A stretch of DNA of 37,249 nucleotides, from IMG/VR virus record IMGVR_UViG_3300044984_000814, positions 1-37,249 of that record. One strand, given 5' to 3'. The translations under genes and the position numbers were made by a program. Position 1 is the stretch's first letter; each line of letters opens with the position of its first letter. The stretch is from a virus. Shown piece by piece: positions 16,457 to 24,792 of the stretch. A model generated the notes under the pieces. It was not told the DNA's origin. It saw only the letters and a list, made by a program, of their open reading frames with translations, and did not search any database.

Positions 16457-17452
16457 TTAATAAGCAATCTTGCCGTGTGCTTGTGGGTGCTTGCAAACAA
16501 GCGTTCCAGCAACGTCAATGAAACCACGTTCGCCGCCACCTTGGTTCTCAAGACGGGTAGCACCCATTGGGATCAAGGTGTTGAAGCCAAGATACTTAGG
16601 ATTGATGACGTAACCAACATTGGTCGAGGCGGTTGGCATACAGCTTGGGTTGCCGTTGACGATCTTCACAAGGCCAAAGTCCGAATCATAAAGATTGACG
16701 GAAAGCGTGATGGCTTTGCTAGTAGCGTCTTGGTTGACGTGATAAGTAACGCCCGCAGAAGCAGGAGTCGCACGGGTGAAACCGCTGATAAGCTGGCGAA
16801 GCGCAACGTTAGCAACAAGCGTGAGGGAGTTCATCTCGCCGTTCTTGGCGAAAATGGAACCAATCAAGGTGTTGAAGCTGGTTTCGCTGATAGCCGAACT
16901 AATGATCGAGGTGGACGGAGTGCGATATGCAGCAGGAACAGGGTTCGTTGCTTGAGCGGCAGAATCAATCCACTTGCCAAAACCGCGCATGCCGTATGGA
17001 GTGCCTGCGCCGTTCTCGACGGACATTTCGTTGCTGGATGCGATGGTGGCTTCGATATCGCGCTTGAGTTCACGCATCGACTTAGCTTCGGCTTGCGCGA
17101 TATTGGCTGGGCCAATGCTCGTAACAGCTTGCTGCAAGTTCGACACCAGATAATCGCGGCGCATGACTTGGATGTAGTTGCCCAAACGAGCGCGGTCAGC
17201 AAACTTGTCACTGAATGAGGTCACATCGGAACCTTCGGAAATGCCAGTCGTAACTGGGGATGCGAGGGAGTCAACGGTCCATTCGGTGTAAGTTGCCGAC
17301 GCCTTGCCCTTAGAGCAAAGCGACAGGATTGGGGTTTCTTCTGGAGCAAGGATAGCAAGTTCATTGCTGAGGTCCTCACGGTTGGAAATCGCTGAACCTT
17401 GGCCAGTTTTGGCGGCGGGAGCGTTTGGTTGATAGGTAGCACTAATTGGCAT
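16457..17452 (-). CDS. Major capsid protein (SU10-type / DUF5309-like HK97-fold family)
   Basis: The N-terminal NREDLSNELAILAPEETPILSLCSKGKASATYTEWTVDSLA matches the family signature as I recall it. Size and position after the scaffold gene also fit. Confidence 0.8.
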   Translation of the reverse strand: MPISATYQPNAPAAKTGQGSAISNREDLSNELAILAPEETPILSLCSKGKASATYTEWTVDSLASPVTTGISEGSDVTSFSDKFADRARLGNYIQVMRRDYLVSNLQQAVTSIGPANIAQAEAKSMRELKRDIEATIASSNEMSVENGAGTPYGMRGFGKWIDSAAQATNPVPAAYRTPSTSIISSAISETSFNTLIGSIFAKNGEMNSLTLVANVALRQLISGFTRATPASAGVTYHVNQDATSKAITLSVNLYDSDFGLVKIVNGNPSCMPTASTNVGYVINPKYLGFNTLIPMGATRLENQGGGERGFIDVAGTLVCKHPQAHGKIAY

Positions 17453-17471
17453 AATATTTGATATTTAGAAG

Positions 17472-18506
17472 TTATTTGAATTTAGCGATTCTGGCAGCAA
17501 TCCATTCTTCTGGGCTTCCACTTTTCTCAAAGCGGTTGTATGCATCTGCGACCTTTGCTTTAACGGGTGAAGAAGATTTAGCCGCACCAGCACCAAATGG
17601 GGTTGAAGATGGATTGACCTTCAACTTACTTCCCATCGCTGATTGCGTTTTGACCTTCTTGTTCCCGTAAAGAGAGCGAGCGGCATGAGCCAAGATATAT
17701 TCAATTTGAAATCCGATTTCAGGAATTTGCGATTTGATTCGGTCGATCAACGGGTCAGACACCAGTGCTTTGTAGTTCTTCCCGATTTCAGAACTTTCAT
17801 CCTGAATATCTGGGACTTCACTCTTAGCTGCCTCTGAATACTGCTTGGACATCTCCGCATACTGAGCAATCTTAGCAAGATGCCGTTCTTGAGCGGGTAT
17901 ATACTTCGTCAGTGCTTCTCGGGCATTCCGGTTTGCTTTCCGAATTTGCTTTTTGCTGAACTCTTTATCGCCAACAACGATTATATCATCAGGACCATAA
18001 TCTTCATGTTCCTCTAGGATTTCATCAGTCGTCTCAAGCGTTCGCTCAAGTTCGGAATACTTTTCACGAAGCCCTTCAATCGAAGATACTTCACGAAATG
18101 GATTCTCATCTTGAGGAACAACTTTGGCTTGCGGCTGAGGTTGCGATTGAATCTTTTCCTCAAGGGCTTTTTTCTGCGCCGTCAATTCCCCAATTCGTTG
18201 GAGGAGGCGAGACTTGCCCTTTTTGGCTAAAGATTGAATCTGCTCAGTGGTAAGAGATAGCAGGTCAATTTCGGACTCTTCTTCGGCTTCTTCTTCGGAT
18301 TCGTCTTCAGATTGTTCGTCTGCTTCTGGGGATTCCTCGTCTTCTAGACTGGCAGGTTCTTCGTCAGTTTCAGCAGAATCATCGGACTCTTCTTCGGGTT
18401 CTTCCTCTGGAGAGGTTTGTCTGGCCATGCGTTGAGCTACAAGCTCCTCGAATGACATATTGGACACCGATTCAATAGCTTCGGCGGTAGCTTCTGGATT
18501 ACTCAT
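17472..18506 (-). CDS. Scaffolding protein
   Basis: Highly acidic low-complexity N-terminus and a long helical/coiled-coil body. It sits between portal and capsid genes. Confidence 0.55.
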   Translation of the reverse strand: MSNPEATAEAIESVSNMSFEELVAQRMARQTSPEEEPEEESDDSAETDEEPASLEDEESPEADEQSEDESEEEAEEESEIDLLSLTTEQIQSLAKKGKSRLLQRIGELTAQKKALEEKIQSQPQPQAKVVPQDENPFREVSSIEGLREKYSELERTLETTDEILEEHEDYGPDDIIVVGDKEFSKKQIRKANRNAREALTKYIPAQERHLAKIAQYAEMSKQYSEAAKSEVPDIQDESSEIGKNYKALVSDPLIDRIKSQIPEIGFQIEYILAHAARSLYGNKKVKTQSAMGSKLKVNPSSTPFGAGAAKSSSPVKAKVADAYNRFEKSGSPEEWIAARIAKFK

Positions 18507-18611
18507 AATGTTTGTTTAGAACGCCATTTACGCTCGGCGGTGCGTGTTCGTGAGTAACCAACACCATAATCCTTACTATGTCAAGCAATTTAGTAAGGTA
18601 TGGAAATCAAG

Positions 18612-18652
18612 CAAAAAAGAGGCCGTAGGGAAAACGAAAACCCTACGACCTC
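18612..18652 (-). terminator. Rho-independent terminator inside the late operon
   Basis: Minus-strand RNA: GAGGUCGUAGGG, loop UUUUCGUUUU, CCCUACGGCCUC, then UUUUUUG. The stem is 12 bp including one G-U pair. On the plus strand that pair becomes a C-A mismatch, so the hairpin favours the minus strand. Confidence 0.8.
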
Positions 18653-18743
18653 CAGCATGACACAAACCAATGAAACACGCGCTACCTACAATGGTCAGAT
18701 ATTCGCTAGCGCATTTCGACTAAGGCACACCCTTGATCGTTTG

Positions 18744-18959
18744 TCAAGCATTTTCGGGAGTAAACAATGACAGCAACTCGTCAAGAGTCGACACACTGCC
18801 CACAATCTTCATCACCTCGCTTGTTTCAGTGCATTGACGAAGATCGGCAAAGAACCGTTCACGCTCATCACGAACAAATTGGACGATTGCCTTAAACTCA
18901 TCGCGGTCAGAAAGTGATTCGACTGCTTGCTGGATTGTTGGTTTCGGTAGTGGTGTCAT
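18744..18959 (-). CDS. Hypothetical protein (71 aa)
   Basis: Co-oriented ORF. Confidence 0.45.
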   Translation of the reverse strand: MTPLPKPTIQQAVESLSDRDEFKAIVQFVRDERERFFADLRQCTETSEVMKIVGSVSTLDELLSLFTPENA

Positions 18960-18964
18960 GTGTT

Positions 18965-19096
18965 CTATTTGCGTTTGGCTTTCTTCTTCGGCATACGTCC
19001 CATCTTGATTTCGATCTCGACGTATCCTTTTCCTTTTTTGCCCTTGCCGTATTCTTTCTCTTCCTTGTGGCCGCAGCCATTTGATTTGCTTTTCAT
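18965..19096 (-). CDS. Hypothetical small Lys-rich protein (43 aa), absent from the ORF track
   Basis: Hand translation gives MKSKSNGCGHKEEKEYGKGKKGKGYVEIEIKMGRMPKKKAKRK. It fills the gap between flanking genes. Confidence 0.35.
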   Translation of the reverse strand: MKSKSNGCGHKEEKEYGKGKKGKGYVEIEIKMGRMPKKKAKRK

Positions 19097-19100
19097 AGAG

Positions 19101-19328
19101 TTATTTCATTGACTTGCTTCCGCTGCATTTCCATTTGCGGCGACTTAAATTATTAGGACTATTTGCGTCAGACTTCCAGTCACCTTTTATCTTGTTACTA
19201 CGGGCGCAATAGGCATCACCTTTGGCTGTGCCGGGAGAAATAGTAGCACCTTTCTGTCCATACTTGACGGTTTTCTTGCGCCCCGTTTCAGGGTTGGTGA
19301 CGACCTTCTTGAATCGCTTCTCGCTCAT
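19101..19328 (-). CDS. Hypothetical small basic protein (75 aa)
   Basis: ATGA-coupled to the portal stop. KKTVKYGQKG...AYCARSNKIKGDW...SPNNLSRRKW resembles a conserved small viral protein family that I cannot name with certainty. Confidence 0.5.
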   Translation of the reverse strand: MSEKRFKKVVTNPETGRKKTVKYGQKGATISPGTAKGDAYCARSNKIKGDWKSDANSPNNLSRRKWKCSGSKSMK

Positions 19329-21391
19329 TGTTGCATTCCTTGGGTTGTCACGCCGCCCATTTGAGCCGGATTTGTTCCAATTTTGCCAATTTCGGCGTTC
19401 TGAGCTTGCTGCATCATAAATTGATACTGCTCCATATATTTCTGAAGTCGTCCTGCGAATGCTTCATCAGACTGAGCGCGTTGAGCGATGTCAGGTTGCT
19501 GAACATAGGCTTGAACCATCTGCATAGCAATTTGTGCTCCGTTTGCTTGGGCTGGAACCTCGATACCAGCAAAGATCTTAGCAAGGTCATCAGTGACGTT
19601 CTTAGCGACCTTCTGTTGTGCTTCTTCAACTGGCTGCAGCACGTAGTCCGCAAAGATCGGGTTGATCGAGGATGCCGTAAACTCAAGGAGCTTATTGACA
19701 TCGAGGATTCCATTCCGATCAAGTTGGACAAGAGAAACCATGTTCTTGAGTTGCGTCTCGGATGTTTCTGGATCGGTGGACAATGAATCAAACGACACCG
19801 TAATGCTGAAGTTCTCATCAGGGCTACCCTTGGTCATCGTCTGCGGATTGGGATTCCCGGTGACTTGAAAGAATACCTCATCAGGCCCCATGCGTTGATA
19901 CAGCTTCCAAGCCATATTGAGCACGTCACGAACATGATCCAAAAATTTGCCAATGTAGAACTGTTGGCGGGCTGCAGTAAGCGGGTTGGTTAAATCAAGA
20001 CCAACGGCACGATCCGCTTGCGCTCGCATCGACATTTCAGCTTCAACCGATCCTTGATCCATTTGAGGAACCGGACCCCAAGCAATCTCACCAAGACGAC
20101 GGTAAGGGACACGACGCCCGGGACCCCAGTCAGACGGCGGACGTCCAGCAGGGTGCATTAGTGGGGGCAACGTAGCCAGTGAAGCTCGGTCAATCCGGCT
20201 ATCACGCTCAGTCTTGATCTGCATTTGTGCGCCACGGAGGACATCCGAGAATGTCTGGACCTCATACATGCGCTTCTGGTCATTTGCCAAGCGGGTCACT
20301 ACAAACGGGTAATCGTCGTATCCATTGAGGAGTTCATGCTTTGCGTAGCCTTCCGTTTGTGGGTGAAACACGGTGCAATAGATACCTTCGCTTCCATCTT
20401 CTTCGTCAATCAAACGCTGGTAGCCATAGACAACCATGACCAAGTCGTTGTCATCAGTAATTGGGAGGCGTGTGATTGTCTTTACCTTCTCGCCATCAAG
20501 ATACATGGAATCTTTCCCACGGAGGTTTGAGATTGCGTGATCAACCCACTTGCGGTCCCATCCTTCATTTGTCGCCTTTTTCTCAAGCTCCTGAGCAGTC
20601 AAGAACGTACGCCAGAAGATATACGGGGCGCGTTGAGGATCGGAAACATAAGGTGGAAAAACCACCTCGCCATCTGGAGCGCAAGAATAGACAATCGGGC
20701 AATCGACGGTTTGACGAGGAAGCGGGATCTCCGCCATTCCTGTTTTCCGCATATCTCTGATTGCTTTCTTCGCACGCTTGTTCGACAGGTCTGGAAAAGC
20801 TTGCTGGATCAAGCCAAGCAGCATTTCGTCATCATTCCCGTCAATAATAAGATTGGCTAGATCAGGGGATTGTTGGGCAATTTGTTCAATGGTTACTTGT
20901 TGTAAATATGTCCTTTTTTCTCGCTTCCATCCGACATATGATACCATAATCCCCTTCTCTAGCAAATAGTTCGCTCCCAACTCCATTTGGTTTTTGAAGT
21001 CAGGAATATAAGTCGAACGCATCCATTTAAGGAACGACGACACCATAGAGGCTCGCGGCATTGACGCCATAGACGTTGGGAACGCCTTAATATGGCTGCG
21101 TTGAAGTGCTTGGTCAAACAAAGACACATACATGTCAATCCGTTCGCCAACTACGTTTACTTCTTGATCTGAAGCTCCCTGCCATGGGAAAGCATTCGCG
21201 CCGTTCTTTCGAAGATCATCAGATTTTCCATCCCAGATATTGCGCCGATCATTGTAAGACCTAAGACAAGACTCAAAATAGTAGTCAAGATCAATCAAGC
21301 AGGTATCGTAAGCATCGGCTAACGCGCCAACATCCGGCTCTTTATCCGCATAGATAAGAGCGTCATCTTCTACTTCTTGTGATTCAATCAT
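19325..21391 (-). CDS. Portal protein
   Basis: 688 aa, located between the TerL-side genes and the scaffold/capsid genes. Called on size and synteny. Confidence 0.7.
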   Translation of the reverse strand: MIESQEVEDDALIYADKEPDVGALADAYDTCLIDLDYYFESCLRSYNDRRNIWDGKSDDLRKNGANAFPWQGASDQEVNVVGERIDMYVSLFDQALQRSHIKAFPTSMASMPRASMVSSFLKWMRSTYIPDFKNQMELGANYLLEKGIMVSYVGWKREKRTYLQQVTIEQIAQQSPDLANLIIDGNDDEMLLGLIQQAFPDLSNKRAKKAIRDMRKTGMAEIPLPRQTVDCPIVYSCAPDGEVVFPPYVSDPQRAPYIFWRTFLTAQELEKKATNEGWDRKWVDHAISNLRGKDSMYLDGEKVKTITRLPITDDNDLVMVVYGYQRLIDEEDGSEGIYCTVFHPQTEGYAKHELLNGYDDYPFVVTRLANDQKRMYEVQTFSDVLRGAQMQIKTERDSRIDRASLATLPPLMHPAGRPPSDWGPGRRVPYRRLGEIAWGPVPQMDQGSVEAEMSMRAQADRAVGLDLTNPLTAARQQFYIGKFLDHVRDVLNMAWKLYQRMGPDEVFFQVTGNPNPQTMTKGSPDENFSITVSFDSLSTDPETSETQLKNMVSLVQLDRNGILDVNKLLEFTASSINPIFADYVLQPVEEAQQKVAKNVTDDLAKIFAGIEVPAQANGAQIAMQMVQAYVQQPDIAQRAQSDEAFAGRLQKYMEQYQFMMQQAQNAEIGKIGTNPAQMGGVTTQGMQQ

Positions 21392-21675
21392 GATACGTAT
21401 TCGTAATAGTCTTCAGGGTCGGCAGATACTAAGCACACTTTGATGCGTTTGCCAAGGAGTTTCTGAGATATGCGTGATGGGCATTTGACAGGGACAGCTA
21501 GTCCATCCATGCGAACAATCACCCAGCTTGTGTTGCTACACATACGGATTACCGTGAATTGGTCTTCAATTTGCTGGTCAATAAGACTATTGAGACTGCA
21601 TGGAGAATCTTCAACAATTAGGAACTTCTTGGCCGGACGACCCCGTTTTGCTGCTTTTTTTGCTTGTGTTTTCAT
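21388..21675 (-). CDS. Hypothetical protein (95 aa)
   Basis: ATG 21675 lies one nt after the TerL stop. ATGA overlap with the portal start. Confidence 0.45.
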   Translation of the reverse strand: MKTQAKKAAKRGRPAKKFLIVEDSPCSLNSLIDQQIEDQFTVIRMCSNTSWVIVRMDGLAVPVKCPSRISQKLLGKRIKVCLVSADPEDYYEYVS

Positions 21676-21676
21676 A

Positions 21677-24217
21677 CTAATATCCACCAGACCCATGAGT
21701 TGTAACAAATGACTGGCTATTGTCAACATGATCGAGATTGGCTATCGCGGCATACCTGCAAACGTCAATTGGGTCTTTCCACGCTTCTTTAAGCCCGCCT
21801 TCGCCAGTGTATTCGGACAACGCCTGAATGATGTTCTCGCAGTCGGAACTGACGTAGAATTTGGGACGATTGACGGAATCCAGAGGCTTGCTGGTATCCC
21901 ACGACATCTTGCCGATAAGTGCCTGAAGTCCATCGTCAATATCAAGCCCCGGTGCTGGAATACAGACCATGCCTGACTCGTTTAAGTCCTCAATGATCGA
22001 GGAAGATCCATCTTGGACCTGATATTTGGCGGCCCCAAGGCGAGGGTCAATAAGACGTTCAAATATTTCCTCTTCGCCCTCCATCTCCTGAATAGCCTCA
22101 ATGTAGTCCCTAATGCCAAATCCTTGACCTTTAGACCCCGGTCCCGGCATCCATTTCCCACTTTTCCATTCAGCCCAGTCACCAACATCAACTCCCGGCC
22201 ATTCACGGTAAACCCAGAATGTTCCAGTCTCGTCAATGGCTATCCAGCACATAAACCAGTTTTTCGCACCCGCTGGATCAATTACATGGTATCGAGTGAT
22301 GTTCTTGGTTGGTATGGAGGAAGGAGGAACCACATTGACCACCTTATTGAACTTCGGGAACTTAGTTGCGTGAGACTTCATCGGCACACCGTATGCGCGG
22401 ATGAGGATCTCTTCCCTAGTCCTTCCTGACAGCGTTTCCTTAATGCGTTCGTATCCACCGAAAGCATTGTCCTGAGAGTGGAAGTAATGCACTGAGGCAT
22501 TTAGCTTCTTGGACTTCTGGACATACGGCACCAATTCTCCATTTAGCAATTCGGCTGGTCTTGATTCGATGGTTGTTGCACCATCAAGATACTCCTTGAT
22601 AACCTCCGTCCAACCATCAATGGGCGTGAACGTCACAAGCATCTTCGCGTTTCTTGTCGCAAGACGGAACCTAAGCGTGTTAATTAGCTCCGGTCCTAAA
22701 AGGTATTCATCCAGCCATACTCCAATGTTGTGCCAGACATGGTTCTTTGATCCAAGTTCTGCACCTTCAAGAATGGTTGGATTATTTTGATACTGAGAAT
22801 ACGTCTTGAAAATGATTTGAGAGCCATTAGGAAGGATCAAAGATGAATCAGTGAATCCTGTCTTCTTCTTGTAAGAGATATAGGTATTCGCGCTTGTCTG
22901 CTTGGTCTTGAGGTTCTCTGGTAGCCAGTCCCACACCGCGCTTTGTTGCTGGCGAATACTCACCTCTGATGTCTGAGCAAAGCAGAAGATTTCAGACTTA
23001 GGGTTCTCAATAGCAGCGCGGACAACGGAGAACGCTCCCCACTGAGTCTTTCCAGAATTGTGTGAAATCACTCCAGCGGCGACATAGTTGTTGTGAATCG
23101 GCACATGGAAATCCCAAACGATGTCGTCTCGGAGGTAATCGATACTTTTTATCTTTACTTCTGGGGGAAATAGTGTATTCTCCATGCATGGCAAGAAATA
23201 TAGAATACCCCGTTGAACAAATCCGACAATGGATTGAAGAAGGAAAAACCCAGCAATGGATTGCTGACGAGTTGGCGAAATCAGTTGACCCGAGGATTCA
23301 GGCGAAACTAATCTACAAGGTTTGCAAACGTCACAACATACAATGTCAAAGGAATGGCCCCCGATCTGGCTCAGGCCATCCTGAATGGAATAATGGGAAG
23401 ATTTTCTGCAAAAACGGCTATGTGAAGATTTACGTTCCAGACCATCCGTCTTGTCTGCGCGTGAACAAGAAAAGAGAGGAAAAAGCCAATGGCAGATATT
23501 TTCGAAAACTACATTATGTTTGGGAGCATCGTTATGTAATGGAGTCAATTCTTGGTCGTCCTTTAATAAAAGGCGAGGTCGTTCATCACATTGATGGCAA
23601 CACATCAAACAATCACGAATCCAATCTTGAGCTTTTCCAAAGCAACGCCGAACACCTTCGCCAAACCCTTGTAGGGAAAGTCCCCAAATGGACGGAGAAG
23701 GGACTTGCGAATATCGCGTTTGGGCGTTCACTAGAGGGGAGCCGGACAAGAGCGAACTTAAAGGCTTCCATCCGAAGGGCGTCAGGAGCAAGTGAGCCAT
23801 TGAGCAATGTAGAGATTCGCCGTTACTTAGCGTTACTTGGTAGATCCCTGAAACAGGTTTCTGAAATGGAGTCTCTGCTCGGGCTTCCACTATTCGATGA
23901 CCGTCCCAAGCATGAACGTGAAATGATCCTTTAATTTCACTAACTTTAGTCGATGTCTTGGATACCGGGTCATAAATTTCCTGCTCGCCTCCAAGGCATC
24001 GATTTCCACCTAGTGCAAGTATCTCGTTAACCTCAAACAGTTGCTCTTCAGCCTTGCTCCAGTGCGGAAGGCGGAACCCATAGTGGTATGGATCTTTCTC
24101 AGCATTCTCAATCGCCTCATGGTAAACGGAGTGAAGCCCGATTAGTTCATCTGGTTCCATTTGCACCATCTCCTCATCGGTAGGTGGCGTGAGAATTGCG
24201 TGTTTCCGCCAAATCAT
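21677..24217 (-). CDS. terL: Terminase large subunit precursor (846 aa) containing a 314-aa intein; spliced product predicted to be 532 aa
   Basis: Exteins join as LALGGNR + SGKTQWG, giving Walker A GxxxxGKT. Walker B is IGVWLDEY. A nuclease-domain-like RYHVIDPAGAKNWFMCWIAIDETGTFWVYREW follows. The ORF is uninterrupted across the whole span. Confidence 0.85.
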   Translation of the reverse strand: MIWRKHAILTPPTDEEMVQMEPDELIGLHSVYHEAIENAEKDPYHYGFRLPHWSKAEEQLFEVNEILALGGNRCLGGEQEIYDPVSKTSTKVSEIKGSFHVHAWDGHRIVEARAETPFQKPVSGIYQVTLSNGESLHCSMAHLLLTPFGWKPLSSLLSGSPLVNAQTRYSQVPSPSIWGLSLQGFGEGVRRCFGKAQDWIRDCLMCCHQCDERPRLLLKDDQELTPLHNDAPKHNVVFENICHWLFPLFSCSRADKTDGLERKSSHSRFCRKSSHYSIQDGLSQIGGHSFDIVCCDVCKPCRLVSPESSGQLISPTRQQSIAGFFLLQSIVGFVQRGILYFLPCMENTLFPPEVKIKSIDYLRDDIVWDFHVPIHNNYVAAGVISHNSGKTQWGAFSVVRAAIENPKSEIFCFAQTSEVSIRQQQSAVWDWLPENLKTKQTSANTYISYKKKTGFTDSSLILPNGSQIIFKTYSQYQNNPTILEGAELGSKNHVWHNIGVWLDEYLLGPELINTLRFRLATRNAKMLVTFTPIDGWTEVIKEYLDGATTIESRPAELLNGELVPYVQKSKKLNASVHYFHSQDNAFGGYERIKETLSGRTREEILIRAYGVPMKSHATKFPKFNKVVNVVPPSSIPTKNITRYHVIDPAGAKNWFMCWIAIDETGTFWVYREWPGVDVGDWAEWKSGKWMPGPGSKGQGFGIRDYIEAIQEMEGEEEIFERLIDPRLGAAKYQVQDGSSSIIEDLNESGMVCIPAPGLDIDDGLQALIGKMSWDTSKPLDSVNRPKFYVSSDCENIIQALSEYTGEGGLKEAWKDPIDVCRYAAIANLDHVDNSQSFVTTHGSGGY
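23057..23998 (-). mobile_element. Class-1 Hint intein in the TerL P-loop (Cys1 ... His-Asn / Ser+1)
   Basis: Block A CLGGEQEIYDP (Cys codon 23996-23998). Block B NGESLHCSMAHLLLT. Block F DDIVWDFHVPIHNNYVAAG. Block G VISHN (Asn codon 23057-23059), followed by Ser+1 at 23054-23056. Confidence 0.8.
23188..23934 (+). CDS. HNH homing endonuclease (HTH + HNH_3-type), encoded antisense inside the TerL intein
   Basis: N-terminal HTH-like EQIRQWIEEGKTQQWIADELAKS. Core GYVKIYVPDHP...HYVWEHRYVMESILGRPLIKGEVVHHIDGNTSNNHESNLELFQSNAEHL. I checked the codons 23581-23640 by hand. The first ATG in frame is 23188; the track ORF begins at GTG 23062. Confidence 0.75.
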   Translation: MARNIEYPVEQIRQWIEEGKTQQWIADELAKSVDPRIQAKLIYKVCKRHNIQCQRNGPRSGSGHPEWNNGKIFCKNGYVKIYVPDHPSCLRVNKKREEKANGRYFRKLHYVWEHRYVMESILGRPLIKGEVVHHIDGNTSNNHESNLELFQSNAEHLRQTLVGKVPKWTEKGLANIAFGRSLEGSRTRANLKASIRRASGASEPLSNVEIRRYLALLGRSLKQVSEMESLLGLPLFDDRPKHEREMIL

Positions 24218-24792
24218 AGGATCTCAGCTTCGATTGCGCCTTCCTTGATCTTGCTGGCAATACGCGCCTTAGCGTCAAAGATCATCTTGGCAGCGTCATC
24301 TAGACTTGCTCCCTTGCGATGCTCCACGATTGAGGATGCCATACCCGTGAGTTGCGCCGCCTTGTCGGTAAGGATGCCCACCGTCACCGCCAGCTTGTCA
24401 GGGCTGATCTTGGCAAGCTCGTCAGGATTATCAAACAGTTGTTGGGAACGCTCAAAAAGCAAATCCGTGTAATCCTGAGCCGCGATTGCATAGCGCATCG
24501 AGAACTCCTTGCGCTTCGTCTCCAGCGTGTCGTTGTGACGCCATTGCAGGCCCCTGATGGTCTCTCTGCCAAGCCCCGTCTTCTTCTGGATGTCTGTTAT
24601 CCTTGCACCTTGCGCCGCCAGCCACAGTGCCATTGCCGCCTTGTTTGGGGCATAATGTTCCACACACGTTCCCGGATTGAGCCGAGCACGTTCTTGAACC
24701 TCAAGAAACCAAGCAGTCTTGTCGGCGCGTTCGTCAACATACTCAGCTTTCAGCTTCTCGTTTGGGTCAATTGGTGCTGGTTCAGGTGTCAC
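24214..24792 (-). CDS. terS: Terminase small subunit candidate
   Basis: Immediately upstream of TerL and ATGA-coupled to it. HTH-like ITDIQKKTGLGRETIRGL. GTG start in a GTGA overlap with the upstream small ORF. Confidence 0.55.
   Translation of the reverse strand: MTPEPAPIDPNEKLKAEYVDERADKTAWFLEVQERARLNPGTCVEHYAPNKAAMALWLAAQGARITDIQKKTGLGRETIRGLQWRHNDTLETKRKEFSMRYAIAAQDYTDLLFERSQQLFDNPDELAKISPDKLAVTVGILTDKAAQLTGMASSIVEHRKGASLDDAAKMIFDAKARIASKIKEGAIEAEIL

Noticed and set aside
16475-17218. 247-aa plus-strand ORF antisense to the major capsid gene.
   Set aside because: It lies in the codon-aligned antisense frame (position 2 opposite position 2), which is naturally depleted of stops. The peptide is Arg/Gly/Val-rich with no motif. 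It is embedded in a confidently assigned capsid gene.
23057-23998. Alternative reading of the TerL interruption as a group I intron carrying an HNH gene.
   Set aside because: The insert is in frame with no stops. It begins with Cys and ends with His-Asn before Ser, and it shows Hint blocks A, B, F and G. Protein splicing explains it without RNA splicing. I did not look for intron secondary structure, and it is not needed.
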